From Desulfatiglandales bacterium (lineage in GTDB: Bacteria > Desulfobacterota > DSM-4660 > Desulfatiglandales > HGW-15), in contig CAXXJJ010000004.1 of the NCBI GenBank assembly GCA_963667015.2, forward strand, positions 1,984,001 to 2,048,000: a stretch of DNA of 64,000 nucleotides. Reading direction: 5' to 3'. Below the pieces are notes generated by a model. That model was not told the origin of the DNA and ran no database searches. It saw nothing but the letters and a program-made list of their open reading frames with translations. The position numbers were made by a program, and so were the translations under genes. Every line of letters starts with the position of its first letter. The stretch's first letter is position 1. Shown piece after piece: positions 9,989 through 20,594 of this stretch.

Positions 9989-12271
9989 ATGAAAATCCAA
10001 ATAAAAGACATCAGTATCAAATGGCAGTTGATGGCAATCTGTATCTTCCTGGTTACAATTCCTGTACTGACACTGGGGATTCTCAGTTATCGAAACACGC
10101 AGACTGAAACATTTAACCAAATCCAGCAGCGTCTTGAACAGCAGGCATTACAGGTTAAAATGCTTGTTAAAAGCACCTATGAAGAAATTCAGGCCAACAA
10201 GGCAAGTTCGGATCTGCTGGCAAAGGATATTGTCGGCTCACAGGCAGCGGCCCTTTCAAATTTTCTTAAAGCCTGGAACGGTCCAGTCAGAGAGCTCAAT
10301 GACATAATAACATCCATCAAGGTCGGTGAGACAGGATATATCTGGGCACTGGATTATGATGGCAATGTCATTGTATCCAAAGACAAACAGAGCATAGGTA
10401 CAAGCCTGTGGAATACAAAAGATGCAAACGGTAATTTCATTATGCAGGAAGCCATCTCAACTGCCCGCAATCTTTCAGCCAGTCAGATAGCTTATCAGGT
10501 TTATCCCTGGAAAAATGCAGGAGAAGATCATGCCAGGAATAAGATAGCTGCCCTGCTCCATGATGTTGCAAGAAAACGGATCATAGGAATCAGCGTTTAC
10601 TTTGACGAACTTGTTGATGCGTCTTATGCTGAAAACAAGATTAATGAACTGAAAAAGAATCTGTCCGACGTTGTTGTCGGAAAATCTGGTTATATCTTCA
10701 TTGTAGATACAAAGGGAAATTATGTACTCTCCTATAATCAGGAAAGAGATGGAGAAAACATTTGGGATGAAAAAGATGCAAACGGCTCCTATTTTATACG
10801 TGAAATAGTAAAAAAAGCCACCCCCCTCGGTGATTCGGATACAGACACAACCTATTATCCATGGAAGAACACCGGTGAGACAAACTCCAGGATGAAAATG
10901 GCGAGCTATACATATTTTCCCGAATGGAACTGGGTTATTGCTCCATCTGCATATCAGGAAGATTTTCTTGACGGCCTTAACCAGATATTCAATTTGACAA
11001 TTATTATAATTATCGCAGCGATCCTTGCAGGATCTATAGTAGCATACCTGTTTACTCATTCCTTAACCGGTAAACTTAAGTCCTGTGTATCAAAACTTCA
11101 GAAGTTATCCCTCGGAGATCTGCAGATTGAGGCAGAGGAAGATCCGGGGAAAAATGAAATAGGTATTATGACAGGTGCCCTTGACAAAATGGTCGAAAAT
11201 TTAAAAGAAACCGCCACGATGGCAAAAGAGATTGCATATGGAGATTTGACAGTAAAGGTAAATGTCCTGTCGGACAAAGATACTCTGGGCAAATCCCTGG
11301 CAGATATGGTTGAAAAGCTGGGCAAGGTTGTGACTGATGTAAAAACTGCGTCTGACAACGTTGCATCAGGCAGCCAGCAATTGAGTTCAAGCAGCGAAGA
11401 GATGTCTCAGGGAGCTACAGAACAGGCTTCTTCAGCTGAGGAGGCGTCTTCATCAGTTGAAGAGATGGCTGCAAATATACGGCAAAATGCTGACAATGCC
11501 AACCAGACGGAAAAGATTGCACTGAAATCCGCAGAAGATGCAAGAGTGGGCGGGCAGGCTGTCGAAAAGACGGTTACAGCCATGAAAGATATTGCGAAAA
11601 GGATTTCCATAATTGAAGAAATAGCGCGTCAGACCGATTTACTGGCCCTTAATGCAGCTATTGAAGCGGCCCGTGCAGGTGAGCATGGAAAAGGTTTTGC
11701 GGTAGTTGCATCAGAGGTACGCAAACTTGCGGAAAGAAGTCAGATTGCCGCAGGTGAAATCAGCACCCTGTCAGCGTCCAGCGTGGAAATATCAGAAAAA
11801 GCGGGAGAGATGCTGACAAGACTTGTGCCGGATATCCAAAAAACCGCGGAACTGGTCCAGGAGATAAATGCGGCATCCAATGAGCAGAGCACAGGAGCAG
11901 AACAGATCAATAAAGCCATTCAGCAACTGGATCAGGTAATCCAGCAGAATGCCTCTGCATCTGAAGAAATGGCCTCCACCTCCGAAGAATTAGCCTCTCA
12001 GGCCGACCAATTAAGGAGTTCTGTCGCCTTTTTTAAGACGGACAATTCCATAAAAAATTCCATTAGATCAACTGGATTGCCAGCACAAAACAGCAAACCA
12101 CAAAAATCATTGGCGCCCGCTCTTATGAAAGAGAAAAATGCTGTTTATAACAAATCCATAAGGCATCTTGATGAAATGAATAAAGCTGATAATTCCGGAG
12201 GTTTTGAACTGGATATGGATGGTTCAGGCCTTAAAGGGGATAGGTATGATTCAGACTTTGAGCACTATTAA
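9989..12271 (+). CDS. Methyl-accepting chemotaxis protein with tandem Cache_2-like domains
   Basis: Two TM helices, two copies of VG.(T/S)GYI...KDANG..(YPWKN), HAMP region, canonical MCP tip, C-terminal DFEHY. Confidence 0.95.
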   Translation: MKIQIKDISIKWQLMAICIFLVTIPVLTLGILSYRNTQTETFNQIQQRLEQQALQVKMLVKSTYEEIQANKASSDLLAKDIVGSQAAALSNFLKAWNGPVRELNDIITSIKVGETGYIWALDYDGNVIVSKDKQSIGTSLWNTKDANGNFIMQEAISTARNLSASQIAYQVYPWKNAGEDHARNKIAALLHDVARKRIIGISVYFDELVDASYAENKINELKKNLSDVVVGKSGYIFIVDTKGNYVLSYNQERDGENIWDEKDANGSYFIREIVKKATPLGDSDTDTTYYPWKNTGETNSRMKMASYTYFPEWNWVIAPSAYQEDFLDGLNQIFNLTIIIIIAAILAGSIVAYLFTHSLTGKLKSCVSKLQKLSLGDLQIEAEEDPGKNEIGIMTGALDKMVENLKETATMAKEIAYGDLTVKVNVLSDKDTLGKSLADMVEKLGKVVTDVKTASDNVASGSQQLSSSSEEMSQGATEQASSAEEASSSVEEMAANIRQNADNANQTEKIALKSAEDARVGGQAVEKTVTAMKDIAKRISIIEEIARQTDLLALNAAIEAARAGEHGKGFAVVASEVRKLAERSQIAAGEISTLSASSVEISEKAGEMLTRLVPDIQKTAELVQEINAASNEQSTGAEQINKAIQQLDQVIQQNASASEEMASTSEELASQADQLRSSVAFFKTDNSIKNSIRSTGLPAQNSKPQKSLAPALMKEKNAVYNKSIRHLDEMNKADNSGGFELDMDGSGLKGDRYDSDFEHY

Positions 12272-12352
12272 AAACATTGCAGGCATTACATCCTTATTCG
12301 GTATGATATTTAAAGGAAATTGTAAATGTTCCAATGAGAAGGAGAAAGCACA

Positions 12353-12874
12353 ATGAACAGTACTAAAGAGACATCTGAGGTAACGCAATACCTTACCTTT
12401 AGACTTGATGATGAGATGTTTGCGATTAACGTGACCCAGGTAAGGGAAATTCTGGATACAACCACCATAACCAGGGTCCCCAACGCGCCCGTATTCATGC
12501 GTGGAGTTATTAATGTGCGAGGAAGCGTAGTCCCTGTGATAGACCTTCGCATGAAGTTCGAAATGTTAAAAACCGAAATCACTGTAGATTCCAGGATCGT
12601 TGTAATGGAGCTCTTCCTGGATGGTGACCAGACCGTTCTTGGCGCCATGGCTGATTCGGTCCACGATGTTATTGATCTTGAAACTGAAAATATCGAGCCT
12701 CCTCCGAAGATCGGTTCTAAATGGAGAACAGAATTCATAAAGGGGATAGGGAAAAACAATGATGATTTCATTATCATTCTGGATATAGACCGTATTTTTT
12801 CAACAAATGAACTAGCGATAATACAGGATACTGATCACCAGGAAGAAAAGGAAGAAGATAAAATCGCGGCATAA
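12353..12874 (+). CDS. cheW: Chemotaxis adaptor CheW
   Basis: QYLTF..EMFAINV, ITRVPNAP.FMRGVINVRG.VVPVIDLR. Confidence 0.95.
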   Translation: MNSTKETSEVTQYLTFRLDDEMFAINVTQVREILDTTTITRVPNAPVFMRGVINVRGSVVPVIDLRMKFEMLKTEITVDSRIVVMELFLDGDQTVLGAMADSVHDVIDLETENIEPPPKIGSKWRTEFIKGIGKNNDDFIIILDIDRIFSTNELAIIQDTDHQEEKEEDKIAA

Positions 12875-12919
12875 CCTTTTTACTATACCGGCTCACAGGA
12901 TAAGCAGGTATAGTAAAGG
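12875..12919 (+). other. Intergenic stem-loop between cheW and cheR
   Basis: TTTACTATACC...GGTATAGTAAA inverted repeat; no strong U-tract immediately after. Confidence 0.5.
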
Positions 12920-12982
12920 AATTTTATATTCACACCTAAGCAGGCTCTTTATGTTCACATCATTCTTCCAAGAGTTAATAAT

Positions 12983-13837
12983 ATGAGCAGACAACACAAT
13001 ACAAATACAGTTCAGGAAAACATGAGTGACAGGATTTTTACTCGATTCAGCAGCTTTGTTCAATCTGAACTGGGAATAAAAATGCCTCTTGAAAAAAAGG
13101 TCATGCTTCAGGCCCGGCTTTCGAAGAGATTACGAAGACTCGGATTACAGACCTTTGAAGAATATTATAATTTTGTATTCAGCCAGCAAGGATATAAAGA
13201 TGAACTTCAGAATATGATTGATGCAGTTACCACTAATAAAACGGATTTCTTTCGGGAGCCGAAACATTTTGATTACCTGATTAAACAGGTATTACCGGAA
13301 TATGTAACCAGTGGCAATAACAGGAAGTTCATGGTCTGGAGTGCGGGATGTTCTAACGGAGCGGAACCCTATACTATATCGATGGTCTTGAGTGATTTTG
13401 CTGAAAAATACACTCAATTTGACTTTTCAATCCTCGCCACCGACCTCTCATCCCAGGTACTTAAAGAGGCTGCCCGGGGCATTTACCACGAAAATGATGT
13501 TGCCCCTGTTCCTTTGGAGACCAAAAAAAAATATCTACTGAGAAGCAGGAATCGAAACGAAAAGAAGGTAAGGATAATACCTGACTTGAGGTGCCGAATA
13601 GCGTTCAGGCAGCTAAACTTTATGGATGAGGAATATGGAATACGCAGGATCATGGATATTATTTTTTGCCGAAATGTTATTATATATTTCAGTAGACCTA
13701 CCCAGGAGACTGTCCTGAATCGCCTTTGCCGCCATTTAAAAAAAGGTGGCTATATGTTCATGGGACATTCCGAGACATTAAACGGTTTGGATGTCCCATT
13801 AGTACAAATAGCACCAAACATTTATAAAAAATTATGA
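12983..13837 (+). CDS. cheR: Chemotaxis methyltransferase CheR
   Basis: TTNKTDFFREPKHF, VWSAGCSNGAEPYT, IFCRNVIIYF, GHSE. Confidence 0.96.
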   Translation: MSRQHNTNTVQENMSDRIFTRFSSFVQSELGIKMPLEKKVMLQARLSKRLRRLGLQTFEEYYNFVFSQQGYKDELQNMIDAVTTNKTDFFREPKHFDYLIKQVLPEYVTSGNNRKFMVWSAGCSNGAEPYTISMVLSDFAEKYTQFDFSILATDLSSQVLKEAARGIYHENDVAPVPLETKKKYLLRSRNRNEKKVRIIPDLRCRIAFRQLNFMDEEYGIRRIMDIIFCRNVIIYFSRPTQETVLNRLCRHLKKGGYMFMGHSETLNGLDVPLVQIAPNIYKKL

Positions 13838-13878
13838 ATTGTTACAAACGATAAATAATAAATAATTTACAGGTATGT

Positions 13879-14946
13879 ATGGATAAAAAAATACAAGTTC
13901 TTATTGTTGATGATTCTGCTGTTGTTCGGCAGACCATGGAAAAAATACTCAATTCTGATCCAGATATTGAAGTAATGGCAACTGCAGTTGATCCCTTTTA
14001 TGCTGCGGTAAAAATAAAACACCAGATCCCTGATGTAATAACCCTGGACGTGGAAATGCCTCGAATGGATGGAATTACATTTCTCCAGAAAATAATGCAC
14101 CAGCACCCTATCCCGGTAGTAATATGCTCCAGTTTAACGAAAGATGGCTCTAAAACAGCCATGAAGGCCCTGGAGTATGGAGCTGTTGAGATAATTCAAA
14201 AACCAAAAATGGATACAAAGAAGTTTTTTGAGGAATCCAGAATACAGATATGCGATACAGTAAAGGCGGCTTCCTTTGTTAAAAGAAAAAAAATTCAAAA
14301 GCCAAGGGAAATCGAGCCCAAATTAACAGCAGATGCTGTTATACCACCAAATCGTTCAAAGGCCATGATCCAGACCACTGAAAAAGTTGTTGTTGTCGGG
14401 GCATCCACAGGAGGGACTGAGGCATTACGGATTTTCCTTGAAGCTCTCCCAATGAACAGTCCTGGAACAGTTATTGTTCAGCACATGCCTGAAAACTTTA
14501 CTGCAAGTTTTGCCAAACGTCTGGACAGCTTGTGTAAAGTATCTGTTAAAGAGGCGAAAGACAATGATACTGTCATTCCGGGACTAGCGCTTATTGCTCC
14601 TGGGAACAAACATACATTGCTTAAAAGGAGCGGCGCCAGGTATTATGTGCAGGTCAAGGATGGACCTCTTGTCTGCAGACACCGTCCTTCGGTTGATGTA
14701 CTGTTTCGTTCTGCAGCGCGCTATGCAGGCGCTAACGCCGTTGGTGTAATAATGACGGGGATGGGAGACGACGGGGCAAATGGGTTACTGGAGATGAAAG
14801 AAGCGGGAGCCTATACAATTGCCCAGGATGAGGAGTCAAGTGTTGTCTTCGGGATGCCTCAGGAGGCCATAAAACGAGGAGCGGTTATTAAAACACTACC
14901 TCTTAAAGCTATCTCAGGCGCTGTTATTCATGAGACACGAGTATAA
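13879..14946 (+). CDS. cheB: Chemotaxis methylesterase CheB (REC + esterase)
   Basis: REC domain, [28 protein letters not shown]. Confidence 0.97.
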   Translation: MDKKIQVLIVDDSAVVRQTMEKILNSDPDIEVMATAVDPFYAAVKIKHQIPDVITLDVEMPRMDGITFLQKIMHQHPIPVVICSSLTKDGSKTAMKALEYGAVEIIQKPKMDTKKFFEESRIQICDTVKAASFVKRKKIQKPREIEPKLTADAVIPPNRSKAMIQTTEKVVVVGASTGGTEALRIFLEALPMNSPGTVIVQHMPENFTASFAKRLDSLCKVSVKEAKDNDTVIPGLALIAPGNKHTLLKRSGARYYVQVKDGPLVCRHRPSVDVLFRSAARYAGANAVGVIMTGMGDDGANGLLEMKEAGAYTIAQDEESSVVFGMPQEAIKRGAVIKTLPLKAISGAVIHETRV

Positions 14947-15015
14947 TATTGTTCCCAAATATTAATAAATATTATATCCTGTCCATGTGAAAAAGATAAC
15001 AGGCAAACAAGGGCA

Positions 15016-15570
15016 ATGAAAAAGGCTCATATAAACATAGGTGAATATCTTGCAAGCGACCAGCCGCTTATTATTCATACAATCCTCGGCTCATGCGTTG
15101 CGGTCTGTTTGTACGATCTTAAAAACCAGATAGGGGGGATGAACCATATCCTGCTCCCTGGGAAACCCAGCCTGAAAGAGTATGATCCTTCTGCCCGTTA
15201 TGGCATTAATGCTATGGAACTGCTGATAAACCGGATTATGAGCATTGGAGGAGACCGTCGTCATTTAAAAGCCAAGGTTTTTGGAGGAGCTAACGTCATA
15301 TCCGCTATTACAGAAGAATATAGCATGGGGAAAAAAAATTCGGAATTTGCAATCGACTTCCTTAATGACGAAAAGATTAAAATAGCGAATATGGATATAG
15401 GGGGAAAGAAAGCCCGCAAGATTTTTTTTCATACCGATACGGGTGATGTATTTTTAAAATATATACCTCCAGTACTTCAGACCTATATTTCCAAGAAAGA
15501 GGCTGACAGACTCAAGAGAATAAAAAGAGAGATAGACAGGATAGGAAAAGTAACTTTATTTGATGATTAG
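15016..15570 (+). CDS. cheD: Chemoreceptor glutamine deamidase CheD
   Basis: TILGSCVAVC, GGMNHILLP, KAKVFGGA, DIGG..ARKI.F..TG.V. Confidence 0.95.
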   Translation: MKKAHINIGEYLASDQPLIIHTILGSCVAVCLYDLKNQIGGMNHILLPGKPSLKEYDPSARYGINAMELLINRIMSIGGDRRHLKAKVFGGANVISAITEEYSMGKKNSEFAIDFLNDEKIKIANMDIGGKKARKIFFHTDTGDVFLKYIPPVLQTYISKKEADRLKRIKREIDRIGKVTLFDD

Positions 15571-15677
15571 AGTTTATATCCGCCCTGCACAGGCCGATAG
15601 CTGTCTACCCGGGTGCCAACTGAAAGGACCTGATTCAGCCTCATCTCTTTTTTATCTGCCGGGGATATATTCTGTCT

Positions 15678-17900
15678 TTACTTTTTCAACTCTTCTGCTA
15701 CTGCCCGTCCGATCTCATCAAATGAAAAAGGCTTTTTGATAAACCTGCCGGCTCCAAGTTCCATTGTCTTTTTTACATCATCTGTTTCAGCAAATCCACT
15801 GACTATAATTGCCTTTTGATCCGGGTGTGCCTGAGTTATTCTCTCATAGGTCTGTCTGCCGTTAATACCAGGATCCATGATCATGTCAATCAGCATCAGA
15901 TCAGCAGAATGTTCTTTCATATATTCAACAGCATCCTCACCGCTTGAAACCGCAACCGGACTGTAGCCAAGCTTTTCAAGCATATTGCATGTTAATTCTC
16001 TCTGGGTATCGACATCATCGACAACCATTATCATTTCACCATTGCCTTTGTAATCGGTGACTGGAATAGATAAGATTTTAGTTTTTATTTCCTTGCGATC
16101 AACAGGGAAATACAGTCTGAAGCTGGTGCCTTTTTCACAGCTTATGATATCTATAAAACCCTTATGGTCCTGGATAATATTCCAGACAACGGCAAGGCCC
16201 AATCCGGTCCCGCTCCTGCCCATAATTTTTTTGGTATAAAAAGGCTCAAATATCCTTTCCAGATCAGATTGAGGGATTCCGGGACCACTGTCTGATACGG
16301 TTAATATCACATACTCTCCGGCCTCAATAACTTCATACCCTGTCAACGGTTCTTTGAGAATGCAGTTCTCCGTTGACACTATGACAGCTCCGCTTCCTTC
16401 AATTGCCTCTGAGGCATTTGAGACCAGATTCATAAGTGCCTTTCTTATATGAATATTAGACGCACTTATACTGGACAGATCAGGCTCCAGGCTTGCGGTT
16501 ATGGATACGGCAGGATGAAACTGCTTTAGTTTATCCAGTTCCGGGGAATTAAGGTAATCAAGCACCACTTCATTGATATTCATTAATTCTCTTTGGACAG
16601 CTACGCCTCTCGCAACAGTCAACAGGTCCTGAACAATAGCTACTGCCCTGTTGCCAGAGGCCTGTATCCCTTCAAGGGGTTTCCTGAATTTACTGTTTTC
16701 GGGCATGTCCATGAGCATTAATTCGGGATAATTTACGATCCCTGAAAGCACATTGTTCAGATCATGTGCAACACCTCCGGCAAGAAGCCCCAGTGATTCC
16801 ATCTTCTTTAATCTTGTCAGTTTTTCCTCAGTTTCGCGAAGGATTTCTTCTTCGCGTTTCTGCTCGGTAATATCACGCATTACTCCGAGAACTGCAGGAC
16901 GCCCTCTGTATTTTATTGGACTTGTCACTATATCAAGAAAGCGGTTTTCACCATCGTTTCGCTGAACACAAACAGTATGGCGATCGGCCCTGTTATAGCC
17001 ATCAAGAAGTGAATTATAGATATTTCTGTAAATCGCCCGGTCTTCCGGAAGCATCATTGTTATGAATGATTTAGCCGGATAATCAATTAACGGTTGCCCT
17101 GTTAATTCACAGAAGGCAGGATTCCCAAATACGATCTTATCATCCTGGACTATTATAATCCCTTCTCCTGCGTATTCCGTTATCACCCGATATTTTTCAT
17201 CCGCTTCGGTTTCCATATAACTGTTTATAACAACCCAGAGCACTGAGAAGGAAAATGCAAGAAACCCGTATTCCATCAGGTATTGAATAGAGGGAACCCC
17301 GAGGCAGACAAGACCATCATGCATTCCCAGAAGTATCCAGACTACAATTCCCGAAAGAAAAATTACCCGGTATTTTATATCTGTTCCCTTATGTTTTGCC
17401 CAAATCATCATGCCCCATACTGCGGATATTGCAACGTATAGCACAAAGAAGGGACCAAGCGGACCTAATGCAGGCTCAACATATGGTGATTCAAGATTTA
17501 AAAAATTCCAGGAAGAAAATTCATCTGAAACAATATAATCAGTCGTCCATAGTAATATAATAACAAGGCTATTAAACAATCCTGCCCATACATGATAACT
17601 CTTTCCACTTTTATCAAGATATGAAAAGGTGAATCCGAACATGCAATGAATCAATAAGATCAGGGCAAACCATTCCAGGACACCTGAACAGCGGTTTAGT
17701 GCTCCTGCTGGTGTGTTATATTCGATAAAGATGCCTATTGCATAAAGCATTGCGGAAAAGGATATGGCCGAGCTCCAGGCATACCAACGGTTCTCTTTTC
17801 TTTTTATAAATAATAAAGCCTGCAGAATAAACATCAGAAAGGCAATAACGGCAACAGAAAATGATCCGGCTGACTGGATAATTATTTTTGAGGGCAACAT
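15678..17900 (-). CDS. Hybrid sensor histidine kinase (multi-TM N-terminus, PAS, HisKA, HATPase, REC)
   Basis: ~7 hydrophobic segments, LAGGVAHDLNNVL, NLVSNA, DSGPGI, GTGLGL, C-terminal REC (VVDD, LIDMIM, KKPF). Confidence 0.9.
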   Translation of the reverse strand: MLPSKIIIQSAGSFSVAVIAFLMFILQALLFIKRKENRWYAWSSAISFSAMLYAIGIFIEYNTPAGALNRCSGVLEWFALILLIHCMFGFTFSYLDKSGKSYHVWAGLFNSLVIILLWTTDYIVSDEFSSWNFLNLESPYVEPALGPLGPFFVLYVAISAVWGMMIWAKHKGTDIKYRVIFLSGIVVWILLGMHDGLVCLGVPSIQYLMEYGFLAFSFSVLWVVINSYMETEADEKYRVITEYAGEGIIIVQDDKIVFGNPAFCELTGQPLIDYPAKSFITMMLPEDRAIYRNIYNSLLDGYNRADRHTVCVQRNDGENRFLDIVTSPIKYRGRPAVLGVMRDITEQKREEEILRETEEKLTRLKKMESLGLLAGGVAHDLNNVLSGIVNYPELMLMDMPENSKFRKPLEGIQASGNRAVAIVQDLLTVARGVAVQRELMNINEVVLDYLNSPELDKLKQFHPAVSITASLEPDLSSISASNIHIRKALMNLVSNASEAIEGSGAVIVSTENCILKEPLTGYEVIEAGEYVILTVSDSGPGIPQSDLERIFEPFYTKKIMGRSGTGLGLAVVWNIIQDHKGFIDIISCEKGTSFRLYFPVDRKEIKTKILSIPVTDYKGNGEMIMVVDDVDTQRELTCNMLEKLGYSPVAVSSGEDAVEYMKEHSADLMLIDMIMDPGINGRQTYERITQAHPDQKAIIVSGFAETDDVKKTMELGAGRFIKKPFSFDEIGRAVAEELKK

Positions 17901-17953
17901 GAATTATAACAGCTCATTCGAGTTTCAGAAAATATCAGTCTTAAAATGGTTAT

Positions 17954-19801
17954 TTACAGAAAATGCATCGTAATAGAAAATGCTCCGTCTTCCAGACGGG
18001 TCTCAACGGTTAAACCGCTCTTTTTAAAGACACGTACCATCGCGCCATTGGACTCGTTTACCGAGGCAATAAATCCCTTGAGCCTGTTTTTCTTTGCCTG
18101 GCGAATAAGCATCTGGAGCAAATAGGAGGCAACACCATAACCCTGGTATTCCTCGTCTACAATAAAGGCAATCTCAGCATATGGGCGCGTATGAAGCTTA
18201 ATATACCTGGCTTCTGCAATAATCTTTCCCTTGCCCACATCACCCTCTAGGGCGACAATAGACATGGTGCGATTATAGTCTATATTCACATATTCCTGCA
18301 TCTTTTTGTGAGGCATTGCCATTATGGGCGTGAAGTATCTGTAATAGACAGCTTCCTCTGAAAAGCGATAGAAGAGCTTGCGCATTTCTTCTTCATCGGA
18401 TGGTCTTATTGCCCTGAAACGCAGTTCCAGCTTATCTTTAAAGATATGTGTGGATTGTATATCCTGGGGATATAAATGAGAGCTTTCCGACAGGAATATC
18501 TGGTCCTGGTAAATTATTCTTGCCTTTTTTGCCTCCTCTACCAGAAATGCCCTGTCATCAGGATGGGCAATATCAATTAAGGTCTGGGCCCTCTCCCGTA
18601 TTGTCCGGCCGAACAGGCTGGCAACACCATACTCGGTTACTATCATATCAACGGTTTCACGGATGCCGAACTGGTTAGACATACCTTCAACTGAAAGCAG
18701 GACATTTGATTCACCGTTATGATCCCTGCTGGGGAGCGCCAGCAGCCTTCTGCCTCCTGCAGAAAGGCTTGCACCATTATAGATGTCAACTGCCCTCTCC
18801 GTCACTCCCTGCTCCCTGCGGAATGGCAGTACTATCCTTCCTGTTAAATCTATCTTATGTGCCCTTGACACAGTAACGACTTTGTCATTTTTGCCGATAG
18901 TAGCAGGGTCAAAAACCTTGTCCAGACCCTGGAATTCTATCAGCGGATTCCGATTGATATATGCCATAACCTCAGGAGTACCAAAGGCGTATGAGGCAAC
19001 AGAACGCCCCCGCCAGTTGGCCTTGCGCCTGTTTGTTACAGCCCCGCTTTTTACAAGATCCATGACTGCATCTGTAAAAAAAGGAGAATGAATACCCAGA
19101 TGCTTTTTATTGACCAGACGTTTTGCAAGTGCTTCAAAAATAACATCAAGTGCAAAAACTATACAGCTTCCGTCCTCAATTACCGAGGCAAGGTTTACAG
19201 CAATCTGGTCTGTAATATCATCGACTTCAGGGCGGGGGTGATAAATAAGGGGTTCGGTAGACTCCACAAACATACCAAATTCAGAAAAATGAACGAATGT
19301 ATCACCAAATGTGAAGGGCATTTTTGTGTCAATTTCAGCTACGCACAGAGATGCCTGCTCCATCGCCAGGACAGCAACATCAATAGCTCCACCCAGACTG
19401 CAGTATCCGGCCGGATTTGGCGGGGTTATCTGGATAAACGCGGCATCAATAGGAAGCTGACCTGATTCAATAAGTGAAGGGATCTTGGAAGGACGACATG
19501 GAATGATATCCATACGTCCTTCCTTGATAGCTTCCTCGGCAGCCTTGCCTGAAAAAAAACTTTTAAGTCGATGTCTGCCGTTTCTGGTTAAAATGGAGGC
19601 TGCATCGCCGAAACTGCCGAGCTGGAGGAATTCAAGGTCCTGGATCTTTTTTGATTTAGCCTCTACAAGATACTTAATCAGAGTACGCGGTTCAGCCATA
19701 CCCGTTCCCAGAAAGATATTCATCCCGGGTTTGAGTCTTTCCAGGACCTTTTCCGGAGAGACAAGGCTGTCTCTCCAGCCTCTTGCTTCGAGAGTTTCCA
19801 T
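17954..19801 (-). CDS. Acetyl-CoA hydrolase/transferase-family domain fused to GNAT acetyltransferase
   Basis: GYCSLG, LGIHS, VTEYGVASLFG.TIRERA..LI.IAHPDDR; C-terminal GNAT AEIAFIVDEEYQGYGVASYLL. Confidence 0.85.
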   Translation of the reverse strand: METLEARGWRDSLVSPEKVLERLKPGMNIFLGTGMAEPRTLIKYLVEAKSKKIQDLEFLQLGSFGDAASILTRNGRHRLKSFFSGKAAEEAIKEGRMDIIPCRPSKIPSLIESGQLPIDAAFIQITPPNPAGYCSLGGAIDVAVLAMEQASLCVAEIDTKMPFTFGDTFVHFSEFGMFVESTEPLIYHPRPEVDDITDQIAVNLASVIEDGSCIVFALDVIFEALAKRLVNKKHLGIHSPFFTDAVMDLVKSGAVTNRRKANWRGRSVASYAFGTPEVMAYINRNPLIEFQGLDKVFDPATIGKNDKVVTVSRAHKIDLTGRIVLPFRREQGVTERAVDIYNGASLSAGGRRLLALPSRDHNGESNVLLSVEGMSNQFGIRETVDMIVTEYGVASLFGRTIRERAQTLIDIAHPDDRAFLVEEAKKARIIYQDQIFLSESSHLYPQDIQSTHIFKDKLELRFRAIRPSDEEEMRKLFYRFSEEAVYYRYFTPIMAMPHKKMQEYVNIDYNRTMSIVALEGDVGKGKIIAEARYIKLHTRPYAEIAFIVDEEYQGYGVASYLLQMLIRQAKKNRLKGFIASVNESNGAMVRVFKKSGLTVETRLEDGAFSITMHFL

Positions 19802-19812
19802 GATTAAATCCT

Positions 19813-20583
19813 CTATCGGCCTATTACATATCCTCCGGGATCGACTTCTTCTCTGAGAATCCTTAATTCTTCCTCCGTCGGAGGTGCAGTTTCAGTAATA
19901 TTTTCGGCCTTTAAAAGTTCAAACCCGCAGTTATCCTGGACATCCTTTACAGAATATCCGGGATTGAGGGATATTATGCGCATCCTCTTTGATTCGGGTT
20001 CAAAATCCATAACTGCCATATTGGTAATTATCTTATATGGCCCGCATCCCTTAGGAAGACCGGCTTTCTCTCTTGCGTCACAGCCGGTTAAATAGCCGGG
20101 TGTTGTGATAAAATCACATTTTTCAACAAAGCGTCTGCTGTCCTGAGGTGTTACGATCATGGTTCTCCAGCAAAATGATGCAAAGTCATTTGCACCACCG
20201 CTGCCGGGGAATCTGGTTTTAGGTTTATCATGATCAAGGCCTATCTGGGTTGAATTCATGTTACCATACATATCGATCTGGGCACCGCCTAAAAAAGTGT
20301 AGTCCACCATTCCCCTGGCACAGGTTTCCATGATCTGGACCATACCGCTTGCCATGATACCCTTGTAAAAGGTCCTGGAATCACCTACGGAAATCGGCAT
20401 TTCCGGCAGCAGAGGCGCTACGCCTCCCGCCTCAAAAACAATCATTATATTAGGCGCGTGAGTCTTCTGGGCAAGCATTGTGGCAGCACAGGGAACACCT
20501 GTTCCTACACCAACAGATACTCCGTCTTCAAGTTCACGCGACGCAACACATACCATAAGTTCCATTACATTATAATCAGGCAT
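19813..20583 (-). CDS. gctB: Family I CoA-transferase beta subunit (glutaconate/3-oxoacid CoA-transferase-like)
   Basis: VGTGVP, VFEAG (catalytic Glu position), FLGGAQIDMYGNMNST, PGSGGAND, FITTPG. Confidence 0.8.
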   Translation of the reverse strand: MPDYNVMELMVCVASRELEDGVSVGVGTGVPCAATMLAQKTHAPNIMIVFEAGGVAPLLPEMPISVGDSRTFYKGIMASGMVQIMETCARGMVDYTFLGGAQIDMYGNMNSTQIGLDHDKPKTRFPGSGGANDFASFCWRTMIVTPQDSRRFVEKCDFITTPGYLTGCDAREKAGLPKGCGPYKIITNMAVMDFEPESKRMRIISLNPGYSVKDVQDNCGFELLKAENITETAPPTEEELRILREEVDPGGYVIGR

Positions 20584-20594
20584 ATTCTTTCCTC

